Assembly (NCBI GenBank): GCA_039586365.1
Contig: JBDHKN010000008.1
Location: 1-64,000, forward strand
Origin: Gemmatimonadota bacterium
GTDB taxonomy: Bacteria > Gemmatimonadota > Gemmatimonadetes > Gemmatimonadales > GWC2-71-9
Length of the DNA: 64,000 bases
Direction of reading: 5' to 3'
Made by a program: the position numbers and the translations under genes. This document shows positions 1-9,811 of this stretch, piece after piece (position 1 is the first letter of the stretch; the number at the start of each line of letters is the position of its first letter). The notes below the pieces were generated by a model. The model saw only the letters and a program-made list of their open reading frames with translations. It was not told where the DNA came from and made no database searches.

Positions 1-264
1 GCCGTCCAACTCAGCGTTGATCTCAATCACTTCACCCGCGACAGGGCAGAACAGCTCGGAAACCGCTTTTACAGCCTCGATTGTCCCGAACACGTCCATC
101 TGACCAAAGGTGGCCCCTACTTCCGGCAAATCCACATAGACGACATCACCGAGCTCCCCTTGCGCATAGTCGGTGATCCCAACGACCACCACTCCCGGAT
201 CTTCGGTGGGCTTGATGTATTCGTGCTCTTCCGTGTAATGCAAGTTGTCTGGAATCTTCGACAT
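1..264 (-). CDS. gcvH: Glycine cleavage system H protein (3' end outside window)
   Basis: Hand translation from ATG at 264: MSKIPDNLHYTEEHEYIK...VGITDYAQGELGDVVYVDLP...GTIEAVKAVSELFCPVAGEVIEIN, including the lipoyl-Lys motif EAVKA. Not in the ORF track. Confidence 0.95.
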   Translation of the reverse strand, partial: MSKIPDNLHYTEEHEYIKPTEDPGVVVVGITDYAQGELGDVVYVDLPEVGATFGQMDVFGTIEAVKAVSELFCPVAGEVIEINAELDG

Positions 265-372
265 TTCGTGTACCGTTTTTCTGTCAGGGTTGGCGAGGCG
301 TAGGTTATCCGTGCGTACTGTACCTGTCAACCGCATCGAACGCTAGGTCGGTGATGGAGCTTTGTCGTGGGG

Positions 373-990
373 TCATGGGTCACCGTTTTGCCCCGCAGCC
401 TTGTCGCAGATCGCCTCCCAAGCTCGGCGAGCCGCGTCCCGCAACTCGTCGAGAGTCCCGGCGTTGTCAATCACTATATCGCTGCGAGCTCGTTTTTGGT
501 CTGATGGCAGCTGCGACGCGATTAGCCGACCGGCATCCTCCGGACTGAGGCCCCGCCCGAGAAGTCGCTCTCGACGCAACCGCAGGGGCGCATCAACCAG
601 CACTACGAGGTCGAAGTCGTCGGGATTTAGGACCTCGAACAAGAGGGGAATGTCGTTGACGACGATATGATCCCCTCGCCGGGCGGCCTCGGCAACCAGC
701 ACCTGACGTTTCCGTTGCACGGCCGGGTGCACGATCGCGTTGAGGGACGACAGGGCATCGCCATTAGCCAAGACTTTGCTGCGCAGCGCCGCTCTGTCCA
801 GCGATCCGTCAGGCCGCAAGACGTCCTGACCGAACCTGTCGGCCAGGGTGGCGAGGGTTCTACTGCCGGGTCGTTGTACCTCTCTTACCAGTGCATCGGA
901 GTCAATGATCGTAGCTCCCCACTTGGCAAACCAACGGACAACGCTGGATTTGCCCGCCGCCACATTGCCAGTGAGGGCGATGTTGAGCAT
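373..990 (-). CDS. coaE: Dephospho-CoA kinase
   Basis: MLNIALTGNVAAGKS P-loop, IDSDALVR, DRAALR, LNAIVHP, DIPLLFE, DIVIDN. Start placed at ATG 990. Confidence 0.95.
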   Translation of the reverse strand: MLNIALTGNVAAGKSSVVRWFAKWGATIIDSDALVREVQRPGSRTLATLADRFGQDVLRPDGSLDRAALRSKVLANGDALSSLNAIVHPAVQRKRQVLVAEAARRGDHIVVNDIPLLFEVLNPDDFDLVVLVDAPLRLRRERLLGRGLSPEDAGRLIASQLPSDQKRARSDIVIDNAGTLDELRDAARRAWEAICDKAAGQNGDP

Positions 991-992
991 GC

Positions 993-1598
993 CTACAGCA
1001 GTACCACTTGGTCTGCGTCGATTCGCGGCACTTGATGGCATCTACGGCAGCGGGCTTCATAGGCCTCACTGCCGCCGACCATAATGGTGGGTGAATCGTA
1101 CTGGGCGGGTCTGCCATCGATCAAACGCTGGTTGCGGCAGGCCTCGTCACCACACACCACGCAGATGGCGTGAAGCTTGTCCACGAACTCCGCCACGGCC
1201 ATCAGTTGGGGCATGGCGCCGAAAGGCTCTCCGCGGAAATCGGTGTCTGTTCCAGCGAGAATCACCCGCACGCCTCTAGTGGCAAGGGCCGTGCTCACTT
1301 CGACGATGCCCTCGTCTAGGAACTGTGCTTCGTCGATCGCTACAACCTCTGTGTCCGGTCTTGCGAGGCGCATGATGTCGCTTGCGGAATCGACTGGTTG
1401 CGCCTCTACGGTGATCCCATCATGGGTGCTGATGGAGTGGAGACCTGCATACCGCTCGTCCAGGTGGGACTTGAACACCTGTACACGTTTTCTTGCGATC
1501 ACGGCGCGGCGAACTCTGCGAATCAGCTCCTCGCTCTTGCCGCTGAACATCACACCGGCGACAATTTCAATCTGGCCGGTTTTGGACCTGGGCTCCAC
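993..1598 (-). CDS. tdk: Thymidine kinase (type II)
   Basis: [24 protein letters not shown], zinc ligands CVVC...CRRCH. Confidence 0.96.
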   Translation of the reverse strand: MEPRSKTGQIEIVAGVMFSGKSEELIRRVRRAVIARKRVQVFKSHLDERYAGLHSISTHDGITVEAQPVDSASDIMRLARPDTEVVAIDEAQFLDEGIVEVSTALATRGVRVILAGTDTDFRGEPFGAMPQLMAVAEFVDKLHAICVVCGDEACRNQRLIDGRPAQYDSPTIMVGGSEAYEARCRRCHQVPRIDADQVVLL

Positions 1599-1768
1599 TC
1601 AGAACCACCGTTCGCAGTCTGGGGAAAATGAGGTTATCTCTGCTGAGCGGGAGAATCAAGGAGCTTGCGATACTACGTCCTTGCTACTACTTGTTGTTGA
1701 TTCGACGTGAGCTACCAGGCAAGATACCTGGGGTTTGCAAACAGTTCTCATGGAGACCTGGGGGTAAG

Positions 1769-2053
1769 GTGAATAAGACTGAGTTGCAGGAGGCACTCGC
1801 CTCAGCGGCAGACCTATCGAAGGCGGATGCTGCGCGGGCGATCGACGCGCTGTTCGGTCCCACAGGAGTCATCGGGGCTGAGTTGAGCAAAGGTGGCAAG
1901 GTACAGATAACTGGTTTTGGCAGCTTTGTGGTGCGCCAGCGAGCCGCCCGCACGGGTCGTGATCCCCGTACCGGGCAGGCCCTGCAGATCCCTGCGGCCA
2001 AGATACCCGCCTTCAAGGTAGGTCAGGCGCTCAAAGACACTGTAAACAGGTAG
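1769..2053 (+). CDS. hup: DNA-binding protein HU
   Basis: GTG 1769: (M)NKTELQEAL...VQITGFGSF...RAARTGRDPRTGQ...IPAFKVGQALKDTVN. Confidence 0.95.
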   Translation: MNKTELQEALASAADLSKADAARAIDALFGPTGVIGAELSKGGKVQITGFGSFVVRQRAARTGRDPRTGQALQIPAAKIPAFKVGQALKDTVNR

Positions 2054-2099
2054 CGGCGGGCAGCGCGAACCCAGGCTTGGGAAGCGGCTCGGTGATCGC

Positions 2100-3403
2100 C
2101 TACCGGTGATCGATCCGAGCCGCAACCTTCTTTCCACGCAGCACCAGCCCGTCGAGTCCTTGCAGCACCTGCTCTGCGATCTCGGCCCGCACATTTGTTT
2201 CTTGGATACTCCTACCGTGTTGAGAATCGCACCTACTATGTCACCGGGGCCGATTCTGTCATGCCGACCCACGTTTATCTGCAGGTGGACCCAAGCTGGA
2301 AGTGCGGGTCCGGAGTCAAGTGGTCGCTCGGCGTCATAGCCCCGCACTGCTAGGGCCGCCGCGACCGTTGCTGGATCGTGCGTGTCGAACAACGGAGCTA
2401 GGGCGAGGAGAGCGTCCGACATGGCATCCTCATCTATCAGTCTCCGTACGTCGTTCCTGAGTCGAGCGGCCCGGTCTCGTGCTCGATCAACTGTACTCGG
2501 CAACCTGAAGGGACGGATCCTGGCGGTGATGCTCTGGAGGTACGGTAGCTGAGATGCACGTATCAGCGTCAAGACATCTCCTGCCACTGCAACGAGAGAC
2601 GCCAAGGCTTCAACCGAAGGCAACTGGGTGGCAATAGCAAGGTCGACCGGTTGCTCACCCGGGTCGCTCGTTATTGTGACGCCAGGATCGCCCGCGTACT
2701 CTTGCCAATCTCCGGCCGCGTCCACTGTCGGATCCCAGATCAGGGCTGAGTTGGGATTGATGGTATCGAGCGCTGCCCGCACTGCGGCCGGTAGAGTAGT
2801 GAATCCGGTAACCGCATAGCGAGTGGAAGCGGTGGGTGTCTCCGGTGGCCTACTGGCCACAACCAGAGGAGTACGTCTGGCGTGTCGCTCCAGGAAGTCC
2901 CGGATGCCATTCTCATCCCTTGTCACGACCACCCGCTGCGCAGCGCCCAATTCGGCCAGAATGTTATCCAGATCATCTGCGAAATCCTGCTGTAGGAGCA
3001 ACTCGGGCCAGCCGAGTACTACGCGTTCCAGGCTGCCGAGGTCGAGGCTCGAGCGGGCGAGGAGCTGCAGAACATCGGGTGGTGTCGAGACCAGCGTGGT
3101 CATCGTTTGCGCCTGCAGCAGGTGAGCCGTGCGAGTCAGACCTGTCGCGGCGTGCACCGGATGGAGCGCATCTGACGAGCGAAGCACAGCAGCCCCTTCT
3201 ACCACGCCCATAGCGTGGGTGGTGAGGACCAGATTACGGAGCCCGGACTTGGAAACTGCGGTCAGATAGGTGAACAGTGGGAGGGTCGCCCACCAAGCCG
3301 GTGGGCAAACGTACACTAGGTTCTTGCCGGTTTTGAGTGCAGCACGGTGACCGGCGTCAAACGCCGGTGCGAATTCCCAGGACAAGTGTGCCTCGATTGT
3401 CAA
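2100..3403 (-). pseudogene. Degenerate DEAD-box helicase-like protein with a C-terminal DbpA RNA-binding domain, frameshifted near 2192
   Basis: RecA-like helicase remnants (LVSTPPDVLQLL...LDLGSLERVVLGWPELL). The DbpA domain start VHLQINVGRHDRIGPGDIVGAILN continues in another frame as VRAEIAEQVLQGLDGLVLRGKKVAARIDHR*, with TAG at 2100-2102. Confidence 0.7.
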
Positions 3404-3705
3404 AGAGTCGGTGGTGACAAGGCCGTTGCAGGGATGCTAGCTTGCGGCGGGGCGTGCCGCAACCGGCTGCCGGTCGCACCGCGGGGACAGGTGCCGAGTC
3501 ACATTGGACACTTGTGAGGAGTGGGCGCCCCCGCCAGGCAATGAGCCGGGTTTGCTGCATGGTGACAGGCAGGATCCTTGGGTCGGGTTATCGTTGAATC
3601 GGAGTGACCGGACCGACAACTGACGATGGCACGATCGGCACGGGATGCTCTTACCGGGATTGAGGCGGTTGGATCTCATTGATCTCCTAGATTAGGTGGC
3701 TGCTA

Positions 3706-4977
3706 ATGATTACCACTCCAGTGCGTAGCGCTGACTTTCCGGGACACGGCGTACTGACTTGGCAGACAGTGACGGTCTTATTCGGACTCGTCATGCTGTC
3801 TGTCGCGGGCCTGCCTGCTCAAGAGCGGCGAGCCGCTCGAGATTTGGGAGTCGTCGTTGGGATTCTACCGCCAGGCCCGCTGAATGCGATCACAGACGTT
3901 GAGGGGGTCTTGGTGGGGCATAGGACCGTGGTGAGCGGAGACTCCATCAACACCGGAGTGACAGCAATCCTACCCCACGCGGGCAATGTGTTCCGGGAGA
4001 AGGTTCCAGCGGCCGTTGTGGTCGGCAACGCCTTCGGGAAACTAGCTGGTTCAACTCAGGTTCAGGAATTGGGAGAGTTAGAGTCTCCGGTGCTGTTGAC
4101 TTGTACCCTCTGTGTCCCGCGGGCGGCGGACGCGGTGCTAACCTATCTGCTCGCACTGCCGGGCAACGAGAACGTTAGATCGGCCAATCCGGTTGTCGGC
4201 GAGACCAACGACGGCTTCCTGAATCACATTCGACTGCGTCCTATCTCGGAAGGTGATGTCTTGGCAGCGATCAGCGGCGCTAGGAGCGGACCAGTGGAAC
4301 AGGGGAGTGTGGGCGCTGGGAGGGGCACGAGAGCGTTCGGCTGGAAGGGTGGAGTCGGGACGTCGAGCCGGAGGTTACCGGTTGATTTGGGTGGCTGGAC
4401 TATTGGGGTGTTGGTGCAATCGAATTTCGGAGGAGTGCTCACTATTGCTGGGGCACCGGTTGGGCAGGAGCTGGCGAGGCACTACCTACAGGGCTCGGTA
4501 GATGCGGTGGAAGTAGAGAGGGCTGCCGATGATCGTGGAGGGGAAGCAGCGAAGATTGCCGACAGCCTTGCCACTTATGGGTTCGACCGGCGACGAGTGC
4601 TGGAGGCGGACAGGGCCGATGGGTCCATCATGATCGTCGTAGCGACTGATGCCCCGTTGGATCATCGGAATCTCGAGCGGCTCGGTAGGCGTGCTCTGGC
4701 AGGCCTGGCCCGAACGGGTAGCTCAATGAGTAACGGTTCGGGTGACTTCGTCATTGTCTTCAGTACCGTTCCGGTTGCTGAGCTTGCCGCAGCGGGACCG
4801 TTACCGAACGACCGAATGAGTCCACTCTTTCAGGGTGTTATCGAGGCAACTGAGGAGGCGATCTACAACTCGCTTCTTCTGGCCACCACGGTCTCAGGAT
4901 ACCGCGGAACCGTAGAAGCCCTGCCGCTCGATGCGACACTGGAAGTACTGCAGCGTTATGGAGTCCTCCAACCGTGA
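3706..4977 (+). CDS. dmpA: DmpA/P1 (S58) family aminopeptidase with signal peptide
   Basis: NAITDVEGVLVGH, GNAFGKLAG, GETNDGFLN, GSVGAG, KGGVGTSSR, VQSNFGG, autoprocessing site DG/SIMIVVATDAPL, NGSGDF, EATEEAIYNSL. Confidence 0.92.
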   Translation: MITTPVRSADFPGHGVLTWQTVTVLFGLVMLSVAGLPAQERRAARDLGVVVGILPPGPLNAITDVEGVLVGHRTVVSGDSINTGVTAILPHAGNVFREKVPAAVVVGNAFGKLAGSTQVQELGELESPVLLTCTLCVPRAADAVLTYLLALPGNENVRSANPVVGETNDGFLNHIRLRPISEGDVLAAISGARSGPVEQGSVGAGRGTRAFGWKGGVGTSSRRLPVDLGGWTIGVLVQSNFGGVLTIAGAPVGQELARHYLQGSVDAVEVERAADDRGGEAAKIADSLATYGFDRRRVLEADRADGSIMIVVATDAPLDHRNLERLGRRALAGLARTGSSMSNGSGDFVIVFSTVPVAELAAAGPLPNDRMSPLFQGVIEATEEAIYNSLLLATTVSGYRGTVEALPLDATLEVLQRYGVLQP

Positions 4978-4984
4978 AGCCGCA

Positions 4985-6193
4985 ATGAGCCAGGCGAACT
5001 TCAAGCCTTCGCGGAATCTCGAGCGTATAAGACTGTCGGTGGCGAGCCCGGTGAGCGAGGATGCTCATCGCCGCCGCGCCGCGGGAGAGGATGTCGTGGA
5101 TCTCTCAGTGGGAGAGCCGCAATTCGACAGCTCACGGGCGAGCCTGGAAGTGGGCATCATGGCACTCCAACAGGGTGAGACTCGCGCTCCTCCGAACGCA
5201 GGAACGCTCGACCTCCGAGCTGCGGCAGCGCAGCAACTCTCGCTATTGTCAGGTGGGCGTCCAATCAACGCTGACAACATCATCGTCTCCAATGGTGCCA
5301 AGCAGGCGGTGTTCAACGCGTGCTTCACGCTCTTCAGCGTAGGAGACGAGGTGCTGGTCCCGACGCCTTGTTGGTGGTCTTACTGTGAAATCCTGCGACT
5401 GGCCCGCGCGAAGCCGATAACCGTACCGGGTGACGCAGAGTGGAGCCTCAAGGTCGGCGTTGATCAACTCGACGCCGCAGCCAACGCTCAGACCAAGGGG
5501 ATCATACTGTGCACACCCGTCAATCCCACCGGAGCTGTCTATACTCGATCCGAACTGAAGCGGATCGTCGGTTGGGCTAAGGAACGTGGCTTTTGGATCA
5601 TCTCCGACGAACTCTATCGCCGCATCCATTACGGGTCAGGGCCGGCGCCGTCGGTACTGGATCTTCCAAATGAACTCCTCGAAAGGGTCGTGACCATCAC
5701 TGGAGTGAGCCGGGCATACGCGATGAGCGGCTGGTCGGTGGGGCTGGCACTCGGACCGCGACCCGTCGTGGAGTGGATGACGGTGCTGCAGTCGCGCATT
5801 ACGGGAGGGCCGCCCAAACCAGTCCAGTTTGCTGCAACGGCAGCACTTACGGACGAACGCGTCGAGGCCGATCTGGATCGTATGCTGAGTGAGCTCAGGG
5901 CGCGCCGAGACGTGGTAGTCCAACACTTCCGAGAGCAGATGCCGGGCGTTGAGTTCGTCGAACCGCTTGGGGCCTTCTACTTCTTCTTTCGGGTCGATGG
6001 TTTCTTTGGAGCGGGCATCGACAGTGCGTCGAAGTTCTGTGAGCGGCTCCTAGCAGAGTGTGGCGTTGCACTGCGAGCAGGAGCGGAGTTCGGTGACGAT
6101 CGGTGGGTGCGACTTTCGTATGCCACCTCGGGGAAAGTGTTGCGTGAAGGCCTAACGCGGATCGCGGACTTCACTCGCCGCGTGGCCCACTGA
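4985..6193 (+). CDS. Class I/II aspartate aminotransferase homolog, probably inactive (PLP Lys replaced by Arg)
   Basis: LSVGEP, VSNGAKQA, PVNPTG, SDELY, GAFY, VRLSYA are present. The SKxYAMxGWRxG motif reads SRAYAMSGWSVG. Confidence 0.85.
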   Translation: MSQANFKPSRNLERIRLSVASPVSEDAHRRRAAGEDVVDLSVGEPQFDSSRASLEVGIMALQQGETRAPPNAGTLDLRAAAAQQLSLLSGGRPINADNIIVSNGAKQAVFNACFTLFSVGDEVLVPTPCWWSYCEILRLARAKPITVPGDAEWSLKVGVDQLDAAANAQTKGIILCTPVNPTGAVYTRSELKRIVGWAKERGFWIISDELYRRIHYGSGPAPSVLDLPNELLERVVTITGVSRAYAMSGWSVGLALGPRPVVEWMTVLQSRITGGPPKPVQFAATAALTDERVEADLDRMLSELRARRDVVVQHFREQMPGVEFVEPLGAFYFFFRVDGFFGAGIDSASKFCERLLAECGVALRAGAEFGDDRWVRLSYATSGKVLREGLTRIADFTRRVAH

Positions 6194-6280
6194 CCTGATC
6201 AGAATCCACCGGCAGCGCGGGTACGACTGCGCGGAGTTCCAGGTAATACGAGACCGGTACTATCTTTCTGCATTGCGTAT

Positions 6281-6826
6281 GTGAAAAACCAACCTCAAGT
6301 GAGTTGGCGATCCGTGAATATAGCTACCAAGGTGCTGCCCTACCACGACGACCTACAGCAGGTGGAGTTCCGCTGGAATCAAGAGACTGAGATACTGGCG
6401 GGTGACCTGCCGGGAGTGGTTGATGGAGAAGATGCTGCGCACACGATAGAGCTTGGCGGTACCCAGGGCTCTTACATGTCGTTGAACGTCCAAGATGGCA
6501 TCCTCGCCGGCATTGAGGTGGTAGTCTGGCCTCGAGGACATAGGGTAGAGGACTTGAGCCCCCCCGAAGCCACCAGAATTGGTCGTCTGCAGGTGACTGT
6601 TGCAGGTGCTACAGCTTCCCCTGGTGTGGTGGAACTAGACGTTCCGTTTTTCTGCACGAGAGACGTGAATAATTCGAGAGTCCATCTGGCCTTCGGCAGT
6701 CAGCGAGACGTAGAAGCAGTCGCTCTCGCCAAGAATCTGATTGCGGAAATAGACAGGGAGGGGGGTCTCGCAGGTCTCTGGCTCACTGACGTACCACGTT
6801 TCCCTGGAGCAAGAGAGAACAGCTGA
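6281..6826 (+). CDS. Hypothetical protein with two DUF2283-like repeats
   Basis: Two segments end in similar strands: ...LNVQDGILAGIEVV and ...EIDREGGLAGLWL. Confidence 0.6.
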   Translation: MKNQPQVSWRSVNIATKVLPYHDDLQQVEFRWNQETEILAGDLPGVVDGEDAAHTIELGGTQGSYMSLNVQDGILAGIEVVVWPRGHRVEDLSPPEATRIGRLQVTVAGATASPGVVELDVPFFCTRDVNNSRVHLAFGSQRDVEAVALAKNLIAEIDREGGLAGLWLTDVPRFPGARENS

Positions 6827-6920
6827 GTCCCATTTTTTCCAGGTAGAGAAGATGAAGAACGGAGGATAGGTAGAGGGGAGACTGGAGAAAGGCGACCTAG
6901 GATCCAGACTCCACACGGTC

Positions 6921-7871
6921 ATGTCTGATTCAGTCACACGTCTGCTCAGTGACGCTATTCTGACAGCGGGTGGAACCGCGGACACTGGTTCTACCGTGCT
7001 CACCCATGTTCCTCAGCCCGTCGCCACGCCATTCGCATCAGCCGAGTCTGTCGAGCACGATGCCATCCAGGCAATCGACGTCGGTGGGACGGCTGAGGCC
7101 ACGCCGCCGGCGGCGTTCATGGACGGCATCCAACGATATGCCGTTGTTGGACGGTTCGGGTTGATTCCGGTGATTCGCGGTTATGCGGCGGCCGCCGTAT
7201 TGGCCAGGCACGACGCGGAACTCTGTGCTGAAGATTGCCGTGAAGAAGAATCGGTGATTGCACCCTTATCACGCTTGCCCGACCGAGCTATCAGGGGGTT
7301 GGAGGATACGGGTATGCCGTTACACGACAGCGGCGGTGAGCGCACCCATCCCATGGTGGACGTCCATCTGGCTGGACAGGTGGTGGAGCGTAGGCGGGAG
7401 GAACTGGAATTACAGGTGGCACGAGAGTACTTGGGGCGCACCAGATCTGGTTGGTTAGTGGTGGATGGATCGACTGCGGCTGTGGTTACTCTTACAGGCG
7501 CAACACGGATTCTCGGCGTTGTGAAGAGCCATGAGACCCAATACCTCGACGGAGCCGATCTTTGGCAGGCACTCACCCTTCCTGCTGGCCACCGGACCAG
7601 CGTATTTGCGCGTCTGGGTGCTGAGCGCAGTATGGTCCGCACGTGGTATCTTCGGCTGTGGCCTTGGGAGGGCAGAGACTTGCTGCACGGGCTGATTAGA
7701 CTGGAGCGTGTGGCGGGCGAGTCTGCGCTTGCCGAGGCAAGTGAAGTGAGTCGCTGGATGCTGGCAGAGCGTGCCCCTCTCTCAACACCGGACGGCCGCT
7801 GGGACCGCCTGATCTACCCGATTCACCAAGTGGAATCTTACCTGCGGGCACGGGCTGGAGAGTGGTTGTGA
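6921..7871 (+). CDS. nurA: NurA-family nuclease (RNase H fold)
   Basis: FMDG, LVVDGS, LGVVKSH, YPIHQVESYL motifs. Overlaps the HerA-like gene at GTGA. Confidence 0.8.
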   Translation: MSDSVTRLLSDAILTAGGTADTGSTVLTHVPQPVATPFASAESVEHDAIQAIDVGGTAEATPPAAFMDGIQRYAVVGRFGLIPVIRGYAAAAVLARHDAELCAEDCREEESVIAPLSRLPDRAIRGLEDTGMPLHDSGGERTHPMVDVHLAGQVVERRREELELQVAREYLGRTRSGWLVVDGSTAAVVTLTGATRILGVVKSHETQYLDGADLWQALTLPAGHRTSVFARLGAERSMVRTWYLRLWPWEGRDLLHGLIRLERVAGESALAEASEVSRWMLAERAPLSTPDGRWDRLIYPIHQVESYLRARAGEWL

Positions 7872-9811
7872 ATCCAGGGTGTGATCGGAGTCCGGTGGGA
7901 CGAGTCGTGGCGACGGAAGCCATGCCGACCGGGCCCCATCAGTTTCATTTCTGGACGGCTAAGGAAACGACTCTTGGCATTGGAGCGATAGTCCGAGTGG
8001 ACGATGGGGCGGGGCGCACCGTATACGCCGTGGTGGTAGATGGACGCGCCTATTCTGATCTGCCCACTCCACTTCACGACGTCGTTGCCGCCGAAGGAGA
8101 CCCTTCCAGCGTGAGGCCTCCAACTCGACGCACCGAAGTGAGGCTGTGGACTGCCGCCGTGCTCAGACAGATACCGGATGATCCTCTGCAGCCGGTGCCG
8201 TTGGCAGATGTCCAACTGGCAACGACAGAGGACGTAGAGACGGCGCTGAGGATGGACTCCTACGTGCGGGGAATGGCCCCCGCCGGCTTGCCGATTGGCC
8301 TCTACACAGCGGGCGGCACGACCGCACCGGTGTGTCTCGATGCGGACTTCTTGCTTGGGCCGGAGTCGGCACACCTGAATATCTCAGGGGTGTCTGGACT
8401 GGCTACGAAAACAAGTGCCGTGGAGTTCTTCATCGCAAGCATCTTTCAGAAGTTCCCAGTACACAAAGGGACTATCTCTGCTGTCTGCGTCAACGTAAAG
8501 GGTCCCGATCTCTGCTATCTCGATCTGCCTGGCGAGCTCACCGACGCGGATCGCGAGATGTACGCTACAATGGGACTCGATCCCAAGCCCTTTGAGTCGG
8601 TGCAGTACTTCGCACCGTTCAAGGCCGACGGGTTCAACCTCAACACCCTACGATCGCACCCGGATATTTCGGATTCGGTGCAGCCTCTAGTGTGGGGATT
8701 GCGTGAAGTCCTGGACTACCACGAAGTGCTGCTCAACCGAGATGACATAGATGCCAAGTCCGATGCGTTCATTGATTTTCTGGCGGATCGAGTAGTGGAG
8801 AAGGAGTTCGTTGACGACTGGGGCAATACCCACAGGGTGAGCACTTTTTCGCATCTCGAACGGCTTTTCAAAGCAATCTTCGACGGATTGGAAGCTCAGG
8901 GTCGAAGCGACATGTGGCGGACGCATCACATTGCCACGATCCGAAAAGTGCGCAATAGGCTTCTGAACATATCGGTCAGATGCAAAGGACTGGTTACCGA
9001 CGATGGGGCAGTCAGCGATCTCCCATTCGGTGAGTTCACGGACCGGTCGATCTATGTCCTGGACGTTGCCGGCATGGATCAACTCGCGCAAGATCTCGTG
9101 TTCACCCGAGTCGTGTCTAAACTCCGTGAGCACCTCGAGCGCCGTGATCTTGGTGTTGACCACGTGTTGGTGTTCGTGGATGAGCTCAACAAGTACGCAC
9201 CGGGAGAGGGACCGGACACGTATGTCAGGAAGATGCTGCTGGATATCTCAGAGCGAGGGAGGTACCTGGGTTTGGTTCTGTTTGGTGCGCAGCAGTTCCG
9301 ATCTCAGGTGCACCGCCGGATAGTCGGCAATTCTGGCACCACGATCTTCGGTCGCATGGACATGGATGAGCTCGCGACACCGGGCTATCAAGTGCTGTCT
9401 CCGGCCACCAAGATCAAGCTCGCGACACTGCCCAAGGGCGAGTTGATGGTGCGTCACCCTCACTTCACCCAACCAGTGTTCATCCGCTTTCCACGACCAC
9501 CGGTACTCGCTGGCCCGATCGGTGTTCAGAGATTCCCACCTGCGAGCGATGTCGCTTTTGAGGAGGCCGTGGTGCGGCAGCTCGTAGCGCTCGACCGGGG
9601 TACGGACCCTACAAAGATCAAACAGGCCATCGCAGGCCATCGAGAGGAAGCGATTAGGAGAGCCCTGCTTGCGACGAAGCGCACCAGACCTGACAACGTG
9701 CTCAGCTTCTTTACTGCGGCCCTGGGACCACCGGTCTCGCGACCGCTGATTGGAGACAGCTTCGCGGGTGGGACACCACTGAAAACCGTCGACGATCCCT
9801 ATGGTACCTAG
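7868..9811 (+). CDS. herA: HerA/FtsK-like ATPase (HAS barrel plus motor domain)
   Basis: Variant Walker A HLNISGVSGLATKTS, NVKGPDL, Walker B VFVDELNKYAP, Arg-finger region ERGRYLGLVLFGAQQ. Confidence 0.88.
   Translation: MNPGCDRSPVGRVVATEAMPTGPHQFHFWTAKETTLGIGAIVRVDDGAGRTVYAVVVDGRAYSDLPTPLHDVVAAEGDPSSVRPPTRRTEVRLWTAAVLRQIPDDPLQPVPLADVQLATTEDVETALRMDSYVRGMAPAGLPIGLYTAGGTTAPVCLDADFLLGPESAHLNISGVSGLATKTSAVEFFIASIFQKFPVHKGTISAVCVNVKGPDLCYLDLPGELTDADREMYATMGLDPKPFESVQYFAPFKADGFNLNTLRSHPDISDSVQPLVWGLREVLDYHEVLLNRDDIDAKSDAFIDFLADRVVEKEFVDDWGNTHRVSTFSHLERLFKAIFDGLEAQGRSDMWRTHHIATIRKVRNRLLNISVRCKGLVTDDGAVSDLPFGEFTDRSIYVLDVAGMDQLAQDLVFTRVVSKLREHLERRDLGVDHVLVFVDELNKYAPGEGPDTYVRKMLLDISERGRYLGLVLFGAQQFRSQVHRRIVGNSGTTIFGRMDMDELATPGYQVLSPATKIKLATLPKGELMVRHPHFTQPVFIRFPRPPVLAGPIGVQRFPPASDVAFEEAVVRQLVALDRGTDPTKIKQAIAGHREEAIRRALLATKRTRPDNVLSFFTAALGPPVSRPLIGDSFAGGTPLKTVDDPYGT

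Noticed and set aside
1814..2099. C-terminal extension of the 529-aa minus-strand ORF overlapping HU
   Set aside because: Out-of-frame read-through after the lesion near 2192, antisense to a clear HU gene.
2190..2205. Programmed ribosomal frameshift in the DbpA-domain gene
   Set aside because: No canonical slippery heptamer, and a block of residues is missing, which fits a deletion better.
3404..3705. 300-nt intergenic region with short ORFs
   Set aside because: No convincing coding signal, RNA motif or long stem. Probably divergent promoters.
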